Shown piece after piece: positions 1 through 10,140 of a stretch of 55,671 bases of DNA. Positions within the stretch are counted from its first letter, which is position 1. Each line of letters begins with the position of its first letter. The position numbers were made by a program, and so were the translations under genes. The notes beneath the pieces were generated by a model. The model ran no database searches. It was not told where the DNA came from and saw nothing but the letters and a program-made list of their open reading frames with translations. The DNA is from Candidatus Micrarchaeota archaeon (GTDB lineage: Archaea > Micrarchaeota > Micrarchaeia > Anstonellales > Bilamarchaeaceae), in the NCBI GenBank assembly GCA_016212505.1, contig JACRGB010000021.1, positions 1 to 55,671 of the forward strand, in the 5' to 3' direction.

Positions 1-287
1 ATAATTATACCAATCACAGCCCCAGTAAGCATTGCTGTTGCCCATACTGTTGCTCTTGCCCTTGTTTCAGCACCTAATATTTGGCCAATTGCATAAATTG
101 CACCAGCAAGTACAATAAGAAGCATTGCTGCAATTCCCAAGAACTGCTGGGACATTGTGCACAAACTACCCAATGCTGAAGAAAGACCAGATGCCCCACT
201 AATAGAAGCTAAACTAATCAGCATTAACCCCGAGGCTAAATATCGCCCTAAATTCGTTGTTCTGTTTATCAATCCCAATATGTTCAT
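1..287 (-). CDS. VirB2/TrbC-like pilin, 3' end runs off the window
   Basis: Manual translation MNILGLINRTTNLGRYLASGLMLISLASISGASGLSSALGSLCTMSQQFLGIAAMLLIVLAGAIYAIGQILGAETRARATVWATAMLTGAVIGII. Signal-like leader plus two hydrophobic helices joined by a short charged loop (ETRAR); GGTGA RBS just upstream of the ATG at 287. Confidence 0.7.
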   Translation of the reverse strand, partial: MNILGLINRTTNLGRYLASGLMLISLASISGASGLSSALGSLCTMSQQFLGIAAMLLIVLAGAIYAIGQILGAETRARATVWATAMLTGAVIGII

Positions 288-353
288 CTGTTCACCTTAA
301 TATGACACTTATAATGTTAAGATTTAAAAAGGCTTTTTAAGCAGTGTATCTAT

Positions 354-1823
354 GTGATTTTTTCTATAAAGTTGCCTCAAAAGGAGCATTTTGTTGTTTT
401 TCTCCTGCTTATCATATATGTCCTTAGTAGATTACCTCTATTGAACTATCTTCCCCTTATCAAAGACGAAGCCATCTATTCGGTTATGTCAACTGAGCAA
501 ATGGGTCATCTTACCCTTATACCTACGTTCCTTGGTTATCCCGTTAGCTGGAAACCAGCACCATTTTTCTGGCTTTATGGGTTTTTTTCTAACTTCCCAT
601 TGCCTATTGAAATGGCATTTAGGCTGCCATCTTTTATTTTTGGGTTTCTTACCTTGATCCCCTTGTACCTGTTATTGCGGAATATTGGGTTAAATAAGAA
701 CATCGCATTTTTTTCAATAGTTATTTTTTTATTCTCGTTAACTTCTATTTACTCTAATCTTTCTGTACTTACCGATTCCATGCTTTTCTTTTTTATCTGC
801 CTTTCACTATATTTTTATACTGAGAAAAGATTTGATGACCGCCGCTTTATTGCAGCCGCTATTTTTGCTTTTGCAGCATTCTTTTCCAAATTCCTGCTCG
901 CACTTTTCATTCCCTTGATGGCGTTAGTTTATTTTTACCTAAACGACAAAAAAACCCTCCAGAAACCCTTATTTTTGCTTTCTTTGCTAGCCGTTCCAAT
1001 CGCCTTCCTTATCCAATCATTTTTACTTACCCAGGCCGGTTTGGGAGGGGATGTCAAGATAGCCGCCCTTGGTTATCTTGCAGAGGGAACTGGCTTAACT
1101 GATGTTTCTAAGTATGCCAGTTCTTTATACGCCCTGCTGCCCTCTCTTGGTATGTGGTTTGTACTATCCTTTCTGGGTCTCATTAATAACTGGAAAAACA
1201 ACCTTTTCATGACGTTCTGGTATGGTCTATCTATTTTCCCTTTTTTGTTTGGCTATACTATGGTTTGGTATTACCTTCCGGTAATGCCTGCTATTGGTTA
1301 TTTTGCTGCCTTGGCTTTGATAAAATTTGAAGGAGTGGAGAAGCTTGACTTATTTTTTGTAATAGTTTTCTCATTGATCCTTATCTCAACGCTATATCTT
1401 ACTTTGTCGCTATATTCAGAGGCACATGCTATTTATTCTCCGGAAAGAGAGGCCGGTCTTTTCCTTTCAGGGAAAAAAAATGTGGGCATCTTTGGCCTCT
1501 ATGCCCCGGGCGTATTTTCTTATAAGATCCTTGATGAACGGCGCTCGCTCGGGCATTCCCTGGATTTTGGCTGGGTTATGCTTCGTGATAATTTTAGTCT
1601 CAAAGAAGAAAATGATTTCATAAACGATTATCATCGTGGCGATTATCCGATCATCAATGGTTCTTTTGAACATATGTTCACTAGCCCTGATGCACGATTT
1701 AGAAAAGATACTAATCTCTCTAAATTCGAATATATTGCAGTGTTTGGCTTTAACGATTTAAAACTTCCAAATGCTACTGTTGTTTATAATCGTTCACTAA
1801 TACAAGTATACAAAGTTGATTAG
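354..1823 (+). CDS. ArnT/PMT-family (GT-C) integral membrane glycosyltransferase
   Basis: N-terminal DEAIY motif, WKPAPFFW loop, RLPS motif, many TM helices, soluble C-terminus. Confidence 0.8.
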   Translation: MIFSIKLPQKEHFVVFLLLIIYVLSRLPLLNYLPLIKDEAIYSVMSTEQMGHLTLIPTFLGYPVSWKPAPFFWLYGFFSNFPLPIEMAFRLPSFIFGFLTLIPLYLLLRNIGLNKNIAFFSIVIFLFSLTSIYSNLSVLTDSMLFFFICLSLYFYTEKRFDDRRFIAAAIFAFAAFFSKFLLALFIPLMALVYFYLNDKKTLQKPLFLLSLLAVPIAFLIQSFLLTQAGLGGDVKIAALGYLAEGTGLTDVSKYASSLYALLPSLGMWFVLSFLGLINNWKNNLFMTFWYGLSIFPFLFGYTMVWYYLPVMPAIGYFAALALIKFEGVEKLDLFFVIVFSLILISTLYLTLSLYSEAHAIYSPEREAGLFLSGKKNVGIFGLYAPGVFSYKILDERRSLGHSLDFGWVMLRDNFSLKEENDFINDYHRGDYPIINGSFEHMFTSPDARFRKDTNLSKFEYIAVFGFNDLKLPNATVVYNRSLIQVYKVD

Positions 1824-2504
1824 ATGTTCTCGATCATCATCCCTACTTATAATGAAGCAGGCAATGTCAAACCCATAATTTCGAGGCTCAGAAAATGTCT
1901 GGAAGAAGCAAAAGAAGATTACGAAATAATTTTCGTTGATGATAATTCTCCTGATGGAACTGCTGATGCCGTCGACAAGATTTCCAAATCTATTTCGAAT
2001 GTTCGGTTAGTTCGAAGGAAAAAGAAAGACGGGCTTACTGGTGCCATTGTTGCTGGAGTAAATGCATCCAAGGGCAATATTATCGTAGTTATGGACGGGG
2101 ATTTGTCCCATCCTCCGGAAACCGTTCCATTGCTTTTGTCAAAGTTGAAGACCTGCGATCTTGCAGTGGGTAGCCGCCTTATAGAAGGCGGAAGTGTTGA
2201 ACATTGGCCTTTTCACAGAAAGTTCCTATCCAAAGGTGCAGATTATATTGCGCGAATTTTTCTTGGAATGACTCTTTCCGATCCTCTAAGTGGATTCTTT
2301 GCAATTAGGAAATCTATTTTTCAAAAAACCCACTTTCGAACTAAAGGCTATAAAATTCTTCTAAATATTCTGGCAGACAATCCAGAAATTAAGATAAATG
2401 AGGTCGCTTATATTTTCAGAGATCGTGCTTGGGGGGAAACAAAATTAGGCTCTTTAGAAATTATTAATTATGTTTTTGACCTACTAAGACTTAAATTACA
2501 TTAA
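1824..2504 (+). CDS. Polyprenol/dolichol-phosphate mannosyltransferase-like GT2
   Basis: IIPTYNEAGN, VDDNSPDGT, MDGDLSHPP, DPLSGFFA motifs. Confidence 0.9.
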   Translation: MFSIIIPTYNEAGNVKPIISRLRKCLEEAKEDYEIIFVDDNSPDGTADAVDKISKSISNVRLVRRKKKDGLTGAIVAGVNASKGNIIVVMDGDLSHPPETVPLLLSKLKTCDLAVGSRLIEGGSVEHWPFHRKFLSKGADYIARIFLGMTLSDPLSGFFAIRKSIFQKTHFRTKGYKILLNILADNPEIKINEVAYIFRDRAWGETKLGSLEIINYVFDLLRLKLH

Positions 2505-2513
2505 TTTCTTGAG

Positions 2514-3218
2514 CTATTTTTCCAAATCCTCAATATAAAATAAATCTCCTTCAACTACTCTGCATTGCCCTTCTTTATTGTCCATAACTGTCAATAAAGC
2601 GCTTTCATAAGGGAAAAAATTAAGGTGCAGATCAAATGTATATCTATAATGTCTTTGTTTAGGTACCACTACAATTAATCTTTTTTTACATACTCTGCGC
2701 AGTTCTTTTATTGCATTTGCTAAGTTCCTTACATGTTCTAATGTATGTGTACAAACAACTGTATCGAATACTTTATCCTTAAATGGCATTTGTTCAACAT
2801 TTGCTTCTTTGAATATCAAGGTAGGAAATTTTTCTTTAATCTCGTTGCTAATTACTATATCTGCAGCAGTAACTGATTTGCCCATCTTATTAATTTCAGC
2901 AGCGAGAACGCATTTTCCAGCTCCTATATCCAATACGCTATTGCCTTTAACAGAGTCCAAGATTTTGCTAAAGCACCCTCTATTAAGGTCTGTTTCTCGC
3001 TTTAGATTAACATCACTAACATTTTCATAGACCTCGGCGAATTCTCTTTCTGAAAGCAAATGCGCCTTTTCCTTAAAATCAATGAATGTGTGAACTTTTT
3101 TTCCAAAGACTATCCACATAAGAGGGTACATAAATATTTTTGAATCGCGTATTATTGGAGGTATTAAGTTATCAAGTAGATAAATTAGTTTTATTGAAAT
3201 ATTTCGTTCAAGAGCCAT
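2514..3218 (-). CDS. Class I SAM-dependent methyltransferase
   Basis: VLDIGAG, PFKDKVFDTV, HTLEHV motifs; start moved to the ATG behind a GAGGT RBS. Confidence 0.85.
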   Translation of the reverse strand: MALERNISIKLIYLLDNLIPPIIRDSKIFMYPLMWIVFGKKVHTFIDFKEKAHLLSEREFAEVYENVSDVNLKRETDLNRGCFSKILDSVKGNSVLDIGAGKCVLAAEINKMGKSVTAADIVISNEIKEKFPTLIFKEANVEQMPFKDKVFDTVVCTHTLEHVRNLANAIKELRRVCKKRLIVVVPKQRHYRYTFDLHLNFFPYESALLTVMDNKEGQCRVVEGDLFYIEDLEK

Positions 3219-3340
3219 AGCTATAATAACCTCACTTGAACATCTCACTTAGCAAGTTTAAAATGATATATGCAGCAAATCAGAATTTATCTTTATACTG
3301 ATGTGCAATACAAAATTAGAATGCTCCAGAAGATGATAAA

Positions 3341-4072
3341 ATGAGAAAAAATACCTCCATCGATCTAGCAATTGTAATACCCATTCATAATGATTTTTTA
3401 GCATTTAAAAAAATTTACTATTATCTAATTAAATACCTTCAAAACAATAAGAATATTTCAAAATACGAGATAATAATCGGAGATAATGCAAGTTCTCCTA
3501 AAGAGCAAGAACTAGTAAGAAACTTATCTAAAAAAAACAAACTCAAATATTTTTTTACTAAAACAAAGGGCATAGGTGCAGGAATCAGACTTGCTCTTGA
3601 AAATGTTACTTTATCCCATGTATTTATCTGCGGCATTGATTTTCCTTTTGGATTTAAAATAATCCAAGAGTCAATAGATGAATATTTGAGAACTAAAAAT
3701 GCACTAATTATTGGTTCGAAGGCTCACAAAAAGTCTAAACTGAACATCCCGATTACGCGGCGCGTGTTCTCAAAGGCATTCAATATCATAGTAAATCTGT
3801 TATTTGATTTAGGGGTAGGGGATACCCAAGGCACTCATTTTTTTTCTAAAGCCATGTATGAGGATTTTAATTCTCTTCTATCTTCCGATACTCCCTTCTT
3901 ACAAACTCAAATTTGTATTTATACAAAAAAACAGAACTATAAAATAGTCGAAATTCCGGTGAATTATACCTATTATCGCAGTAATTCAAAAATTAATGTA
4001 TTCAAAGATGGGTTTTCCATGTTTTTAGAAGCAATCAAGGGTCGCAAAAGGGAGAAAAAACATGACACTTGA
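3341..4072 (+). CDS. GT2 glycosyltransferase (dolichol-phosphate glucosyltransferase-like)
   Basis: IVIPIHN, IIGDNAS, GIGAGIR, DTQG, VEIPV motifs. Confidence 0.8.
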   Translation: MRKNTSIDLAIVIPIHNDFLAFKKIYYYLIKYLQNNKNISKYEIIIGDNASSPKEQELVRNLSKKNKLKYFFTKTKGIGAGIRLALENVTLSHVFICGIDFPFGFKIIQESIDEYLRTKNALIIGSKAHKKSKLNIPITRRVFSKAFNIIVNLLFDLGVGDTQGTHFFSKAMYEDFNSLLSSDTPFLQTQICIYTKKQNYKIVEIPVNYTYYRSNSKINVFKDGFSMFLEAIKGRKREKKHDT

Positions 4073-5825
4073 GATTTTTAAAAAAATCTTTTCTAAAGAT
4101 ATATACGTATTTGGCCTGATGATTCTATTAGTGCTAGCTTTTAACTTTCCTCTAATTTCTAAACTAACTTCCCATCTTCCTTTTAGTTATAAGTACGTTA
4201 ATGCGGACGTCTGGGGAGCTCTTTATTTAATTCAAGGATTCAAAACCAGTCTTTTTGAATTGAAAAATCCATTCTGTTCTAATGCCTATTTTTACCCTCA
4301 TGAGTTGTGCCAATATGCTGGGATGGATAATTTGATTGGTATACTTGTGTCAGTGCCTCTGCAAATGTTTTTTGGAGAGTTTGCTGGTTATAATATTCTT
4401 TTTTTGCTCTATATGATTTTAGGCTCATTCTGTGCATATAAATTTCTCGAATATCTAACTAAGGAGCGCGAAATTTCTTTTGTTTTGGGTTTTTTCTATG
4501 GTGTTAGCCCTTACATTTTCATGCAGAGTATAGAATACAATCTCTTGCCCGTATTTACAATTCCCCTAACGTTCTATTACTTTCTTAGATACCTTGATAG
4601 TAAAGGAGCAGAATGTAATTATGCATTTTTCCTCAGTTTGACGCTAATGGTTTTCAGTACCATCTATTATTTTCTATTTTCAATCCTACTTCTACTCTCG
4701 ATAGCATTTTACTACTATAAAGACAAATACCGATGTAATTTTGAGATATTGAAAAGTTTGTTTTTCCGTTCGCTGCCAGGGGCGTCTATTTTTTTATTTT
4801 TGAGCACCCTTTATCTTTTCCCTCATATCACACAAGGGGGAAATTATGGTATCGGTGCAGGAGAAATAACCCAATATTCCTCAGATCTTGCATCCTTTGT
4901 GGTCCCTTCTCTCTTGCATCCACTTTGGGGGGATATAACTTTAGGTTTTTACGAAATGATTCTTGCACAGGAATATGAAAATCCTTGGGCAGCAACTTCT
5001 TATATTGGAATAATACTAATCTTTTCCATCCTATATATTCTCTGGCATTATGCAACTCAGCCTATCAACTTTATTGATGTTTTTATCTATAATTTTGGAT
5101 TTTATTTTGCCCTTATGCTTGGTCCGGTCTTAAAGGTAAATGGAATTATAACCGATATACCATTACCCTTTTCCGTCTTTTACTACTCTCCCATCTTTAC
5201 TATCTTTCACGTTATGTCCAGATTTTATGTAATGTTCTTCCTTATCGCACTTCTCTTAACTGCCTTATTATTTAAAGAATTGAAAACTAGATTCTTTAAA
5301 AATCAAATGAAAAAATTTTCTCTAGTCCTAGTTGTACTATTTGCAATTCTTTTGGTAGACCTTTATTCCGTTCCCATCTTCATGAAAACTCCTGATTCGA
5401 ATCTTTCGCAATTATTTAGACGAGATGGTATCGTCCTTGATGTGCCCTTGTCTTATCAGCCAATAATATTCAAATATGCATTACTTCACAAAAAGCCGAT
5501 AATTGACGGTTATGTTTCACATACTCTAGATACCCGTGCTTTTGTTAGGGAAATTGCAATTGATCCCATTATGGGCAGATTTATGTTGCCTTATGTGAGA
5601 GGCGATGCCTTGATGATGTGCATTGAAAAAAATAGCTTTGAGGGATTGAATTTATCCGATACAGATCTTGCAAAAGCAGTAAAAAACAGATTTTCCTATT
5701 ATAATATAAGTTATATTATTTTTTACAAGAGTATGGAACAAAATGAATCTTTCTTTTTAGCGAACTTCAATCAACTTTATACCGATGAAGAAGTTTCTAT
5801 TTACGAAGTTCAAAAGTCAACCTGA
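4062..5825 (+). CDS. Polytopic membrane protein, probable GT-C-fold glycosyltransferase/modifier
   Basis: About 12 TM helices, FYPH, YSSDLASF, SYIG, RF motif and C-terminal HKKPIIDGY domain; lies in the glycosylation locus. Confidence 0.65.
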   Translation: MTLEIFKKIFSKDIYVFGLMILLVLAFNFPLISKLTSHLPFSYKYVNADVWGALYLIQGFKTSLFELKNPFCSNAYFYPHELCQYAGMDNLIGILVSVPLQMFFGEFAGYNILFLLYMILGSFCAYKFLEYLTKEREISFVLGFFYGVSPYIFMQSIEYNLLPVFTIPLTFYYFLRYLDSKGAECNYAFFLSLTLMVFSTIYYFLFSILLLLSIAFYYYKDKYRCNFEILKSLFFRSLPGASIFLFLSTLYLFPHITQGGNYGIGAGEITQYSSDLASFVVPSLLHPLWGDITLGFYEMILAQEYENPWAATSYIGIILIFSILYILWHYATQPINFIDVFIYNFGFYFALMLGPVLKVNGIITDIPLPFSVFYYSPIFTIFHVMSRFYVMFFLIALLLTALLFKELKTRFFKNQMKKFSLVLVVLFAILLVDLYSVPIFMKTPDSNLSQLFRRDGIVLDVPLSYQPIIFKYALLHKKPIIDGYVSHTLDTRAFVREIAIDPIMGRFMLPYVRGDALMMCIEKNSFEGLNLSDTDLAKAVKNRFSYYNISYIIFYKSMEQNESFFLANFNQLYTDEEVSIYEVQKST

Positions 5826-6802
5826 TAATTTATCTTTTCTCTTTTGCCGTTCTTATTAGATAATTGGCCTGCTACGATTGCAGCTACTGCAGCAACTGCC
5901 TCTTCACCCGAAACTACTGGCTGCTTTCCATCAACACATCTGAGAAAATGTTCTGCTTCAATTTTCAAAGGCTCAGCTTTTACAAAATATGGTTTTATTT
6001 CCGTGCCTTTGCCTGCAGTCATCAGCATTTGGTCAAAGCTTTCATATTTCCTCTGCCCATTTGCTGCTAAGAATGCCGAAAGCTCCTGGTTAATATAATC
6101 CAATTTTGCAGTTCCTTTGATTCCCAGCAGAATAAGCTCCCGAGTTTTAATTGGAGTTACTCTATTTGCTTCTATTGTGACTGTAAATGAGTCGTATTCA
6201 AAAATCGCAGTGCAAAGGTCATTATTTTTCTTATCAATTATTTTGCGCTCTAATGCAAAAACGTATTTGGGTTTTTGACCACAAAGAAAAGAAATAACAT
6301 CCAAATCATGAACTGCCTGGTCAATGAAGGATGACCCTACATCTCGTTCTGCAGGCACACCAAAACGATGAGCTGATGCATAAATGACCTCACCTAGAAG
6401 ATGAATATTTTTCTTAAGTTCTACAACTGCCGGATTAAATCTTTCGGTGTGTCCTATAAGCAATGGAACTTTTTTCGCCCTTGCCATTTCTATCAAACTT
6501 AAGCCATCTCTAACATTCTCAGTAATTGGTTTTTCAACAAGCAGCGGAATTTTGTGATTGAGTAGAACAGTGCCAATTTCATAATGCAAACGCGTGGGAA
6601 CTGCAAGCACTGCGCAGTCTGGCTTTTTATCCAAAGCACTTTCCAGATTGGAAAATGTTGTTACTTTCTGAAACTGAGCTACTGACTTGAGTGTTTCAGC
6701 CGAAATATCAACCGCAAAAATATTCTTAACTTCTGGGAGCTCACTAAATACTCTCACGTGATTCCTGCCCATCGCTCCGCATCCAACTATAAGAACATCC
6801 AA
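5810..6802 (-). CDS. Gfo/Idh/MocA oxidoreductase (WbpB/WlbA-like UDP-GlcNAcA 3-dehydrogenase)
   Basis: GCGAMG Rossmann motif, LVEKP, GHTERFNPA, HDLD; adjacent to DegT and acetyltransferase. Confidence 0.85.
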   Translation of the reverse strand: MDVLIVGCGAMGRNHVRVFSELPEVKNIFAVDISAETLKSVAQFQKVTTFSNLESALDKKPDCAVLAVPTRLHYEIGTVLLNHKIPLLVEKPITENVRDGLSLIEMARAKKVPLLIGHTERFNPAVVELKKNIHLLGEVIYASAHRFGVPAERDVGSSFIDQAVHDLDVISFLCGQKPKYVFALERKIIDKKNNDLCTAIFEYDSFTVTIEANRVTPIKTRELILLGIKGTAKLDYINQELSAFLAANGQRKYESFDQMLMTAGKGTEIKPYFVKAEPLKIEAEHFLRCVDGKQPVVSGEEAVAAVAAIVAGQLSNKNGKREKINYQVDF

Positions 6803-6806
6803 ATTA

Positions 6807-7874
6807 TCAGCTCATGAATTTTTTGATTTTTTCTGCTATAACTAAAATATTCTCTTCTGTAATAGAGGGATGTATTGGAACAGATAAAACTTCTTCAGAT
6901 AATTTTTTAGCAATTGTATTGTGGTTTTTTCTGCTATCTGAGAACACTGAGAGCTGGCTAAGTGGTTTCGGATAATATATGGCAGTTGCTATGGAATTTT
7001 TTGCAAGAAATGCTTTGAGAGCATCTCGTTTTCCGTTTTTTATCTTAATGGTATATTGGTTGTAAGTATGGATCGCATTTTGATCTGTATATGGAATAGT
7101 TATATTCTTTATTCCGTCAAGATACTCGTTAATTAATTTGGCATTTTTTATTCTCAGGGAAATAAATCGGTCAATTTTCTTTAATTGTTCTATGCCTATT
7201 GCTGCATGAATCGAACTCATCCTAAAATTATGCCCTAGGTGGATGTATTCAAAAGGTTTTTTCTGACCTATATTGCGCCAAAGTCTGCATTCTCCTGCGA
7301 TTTCTTCACTATCTGTTAGTACTGCTCCACCTTCAGCAGTTGTAATATTTTTAGTTGGATAAAATGATAGAACCGCACAATCATCTGAAAAATTTCTCTT
7401 TCCTTTCCACTTTGTTCCGACTGCCTGACAGTTATCACTTATTATGTGCATTGAGTTTTTCTTCGCAAATTCTTTGACCTCATCAACATTGTATGCCTGG
7501 CCATAAAGTGAAACAGGTATTATTGCTTTTGCAGTTTCTTTTAAGTTTTTGGCATCTATGTTGAATGTTTTTTCATCTACTTCTGCAAATATAGGTTTTG
7601 CTCCTACATACTGGGCTGCATTTGCAGTTGCAATGAAAGTAAAATCCGGAACAATGACCTTATCTCCGTTTTTAATGCCCAGAGCTGCGCACGATATATG
7701 AAGTGCCGCTGTGCCGCTGTTCACCGCAATCCCATATTTATAGCCGCAATATTTTGCTAATCTTTTTTCAAATTCCTCAACTATTTCCCCGCCCGTCAAA
7801 ATGCCGCTTTCTAAAACTTTAAGCACTGCTTCTTTTTCTTCATTTCCAATTAGCGGTTTTGCAATAGGAATCAT
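6807..7874 (-). CDS. DegT/DnrJ/EryC1 aminotransferase (WbpE-like)
   Basis: NSGTAALH, FTFIATANA, SFYPTKNITTAEGG (PLP lysine). Confidence 0.93.
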   Translation of the reverse strand: MIPIAKPLIGNEEKEAVLKVLESGILTGGEIVEEFEKRLAKYCGYKYGIAVNSGTAALHISCAALGIKNGDKVIVPDFTFIATANAAQYVGAKPIFAEVDEKTFNIDAKNLKETAKAIIPVSLYGQAYNVDEVKEFAKKNSMHIISDNCQAVGTKWKGKRNFSDDCAVLSFYPTKNITTAEGGAVLTDSEEIAGECRLWRNIGQKKPFEYIHLGHNFRMSSIHAAIGIEQLKKIDRFISLRIKNAKLINEYLDGIKNITIPYTDQNAIHTYNQYTIKIKNGKRDALKAFLAKNSIATAIYYPKPLSQLSVFSDSRKNHNTIAKKLSEEVLSVPIHPSITEENILVIAEKIKKFMS

Positions 7875-8392
7875 GATTCTCGCTCCGTAATTTTTCCTGA
7901 TTTATCTACTTTGCCTTTTATTTCTACGGGATTTCCATAAGCTAATGAAAATGGAGCTATGTTCTTCGATACTAAACTGCCTGCCCCTATCATTGCATAT
8001 TTACCTATTTCAATATCTGGTAAAACTACTGTAGCCGCACCTAATGATGCTCCTTTTCTAATCACTATCAATCCTTTTGCCCAATCTTCCGCATTTTTAA
8101 GATGTCCATTAAGACTTATAGCTCTGGGATTTTTATCATTAGTTAAGATCGAGTTAGGACCAATAAATACTCCTTCTTCTATGATTGCATTGCCATAGAT
8201 ATTGGAATTATTTTGAATTTTACAATTATCCCCTATCGTTACTCTATTGTCAATGTAGACGTTCTTTCCGATTATGCAATTCTGACCTATTTCAACATTT
8301 TCACGAATCTGCGAATAATGCCAGATTTTTGTCCCTTGTCCTATTTTGCTTTTCGGAGAAACTTCCGCAGTAGGATGAATAAAGTAATCCAT
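7871..8392 (-). CDS. Hexapeptide-repeat N-acetyltransferase (WbpD-like)
   Basis: FIHPTA, IWH, KIQNN, FIGP, TNDKNPR and left-handed beta-helix repeats. Confidence 0.9.
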   Translation of the reverse strand: MDYFIHPTAEVSPKSKIGQGTKIWHYSQIRENVEIGQNCIIGKNVYIDNRVTIGDNCKIQNNSNIYGNAIIEEGVFIGPNSILTNDKNPRAISLNGHLKNAEDWAKGLIVIRKGASLGAATVVLPDIEIGKYAMIGAGSLVSKNIAPFSLAYGNPVEIKGKVDKSGKITERES

Positions 8393-8446
8393 AAAATCAC
8401 AAAAACAATACTTCAAAGTTAATTAATTTCTACTCTTTTAGGATAA

Positions 8447-9178
8447 TTACCGTCTTTTTACTTTTCTATTTTCGCTTCTCTGAGCTATTATCCCGATATT
8501 AAGCAAGCCAATGTTTTTCTCAACAATCACAAACCCGTTTTTTTCTAAAATTCCGCTTATGCTCTCAACCGAAAAATGCTGAATATGTCCGCATCGGTTT
8601 TTGAAATATTGATTTCCAAGAAGATCCCCTCTTATGAAGCATCCTATTTCAAAAAGAACCTGCCAGGGGCTTAGCGGCGTATCTAATGGCACAGTAATTA
8701 TCAGAAATCCACCTTCCTTAAGTACTCGAAATGCTTCTCCAATCTCTTTTGCCGGATCTTCAAGATGCTCCAAAACCTCGGATATTACTGCAAAATCAAA
8801 ACTCTTATCGCCTAGGGGCAATTTGCTTTTAAGATCATGAACTATTGCATCTTTTATGTATCCCTTTTCCTGCCCGTAGTTGAGCATTCCTTCATTCACA
8901 TCCACTGCAGTAACAGGTAATTTCGATGTATTCCAGCTTGAACTTCCGCTTCCAATATCAAGAATCCTGTTTCCATTTTTGTATCTTGCGCTTATGAACT
9001 TCCGTATTTTTTCGTATCTATTATCATGATAGTAGCGCGTTAGGGGGTTTGCGTTTTTCAATTCATTATCATAAAAATCCGCAGGAACGCTTTCATACTC
9101 AAGATATTCTTTTTTGTCATCTGCCATCTTATTGGAATTTGCTAATTCCAATTCAGAAAACTTTTTCAAATTTTTCAC
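8447..9178 (-). CDS. Class I SAM-dependent methyltransferase
   Basis: ILDIGSG, SEVLEHL, RVLKEGG; GGTGA RBS before a GTG start. Confidence 0.85.
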   Translation of the reverse strand: MKNLKKFSELELANSNKMADDKKEYLEYESVPADFYDNELKNANPLTRYYHDNRYEKIRKFISARYKNGNRILDIGSGSSSWNTSKLPVTAVDVNEGMLNYGQEKGYIKDAIVHDLKSKLPLGDKSFDFAVISEVLEHLEDPAKEIGEAFRVLKEGGFLIITVPLDTPLSPWQVLFEIGCFIRGDLLGNQYFKNRCGHIQHFSVESISGILEKNGFVIVEKNIGLLNIGIIAQRSENRKVKRR

Positions 9179-9182
9179 ATAT

Positions 9183-10127
9183 TCACCTTTTCGTTATTTT
9201 AACTTTAATCCGGTCTACTCCTTTTGAAATTACGTAAAGGAACGGAACGCACAGCAATCCGATTATCAGCGAAACTTCCCATCCTAGATCCAATGGTAAT
9301 TTTCTATTCAAGCTTATAGCGTATAAACTAATTGGGATTATCAGAACAACAAACATCAATACCCAATATCTTATCGGGTCCTTGCCGAGATATTCTAAAT
9401 GATTCCAAATCGGATTCTTTTCCTGTTTCTTTAGCAACCAGTCTACTATAATGAAAAATGCCAATGAAACAAAAACTGATAATGCCATAAAAGTCGGAGT
9501 GGCATTCATTTTGTCCGGGATGATCAGTGCAAATAAGGCTGCGCTGATGATGGCTGTTGCCAGTAGCAACAGATGAAGACCCTGCCCATTCAAAATTCTT
9601 TTCCCAACAATTACTCCGCCAAGCATTACTGGCAGGTAGAAAAATGCTGCAGTATAACCTCCCAGATAATGAAGACTAAAATCAGGGAGGTTCGAACTTG
9701 CCATCAAAGCAAAGTAAATTCCAAAAATCAAAACACACAAGATTCCTAGTACCACTTCACTTATTGTTAATAGAATCACAGCAGGTATGAACAATAAAGC
9801 ATTTAGCATAACTTCGTCCATTCCAAGAAAATCTCCTGCTGAAAAAACTGAGAGTAATGCCGATATCAGAACCAGTTTGCCGAATTTTTCAGCAACGTCC
9901 AGTGCATAATCTGTTTTTGATAAGTTTTTCCTTCTGTTATTGAAAAAAACCAGTGAAATTCCGCTTGCGAAAAGGAACATTGGAAGCACAAAATCCCCAA
10001 AATGTAGCGAACCAGAGATATTATGGACTAAAATATCTGGTAGTTTTCCGATTCTTAAAATTAGGCTGAAGAAAACCATGAGTACTATGCTAAATCCCCT
10101 GAAAACATCTATCGAGCGAATTCTCAT
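9183..10127 (-). CDS. Heparan-alpha-glucosaminide N-acetyltransferase-like (DUF1624) membrane acyltransferase
   Basis: RIRSIDVFRG, DFVLPMFLFASG signature; multiple TM helices. Confidence 0.8.
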   Translation of the reverse strand: MRIRSIDVFRGFSIVLMVFFSLILRIGKLPDILVHNISGSLHFGDFVLPMFLFASGISLVFFNNRRKNLSKTDYALDVAEKFGKLVLISALLSVFSAGDFLGMDEVMLNALLFIPAVILLTISEVVLGILCVLIFGIYFALMASSNLPDFSLHYLGGYTAAFFYLPVMLGGVIVGKRILNGQGLHLLLLATAIISAALFALIIPDKMNATPTFMALSVFVSLAFFIIVDWLLKKQEKNPIWNHLEYLGKDPIRYWVLMFVVLIIPISLYAISLNRKLPLDLGWEVSLIIGLLCVPFLYVISKGVDRIKVKITKR

Positions 10128-10140
10128 GATGTTCCTCTTT

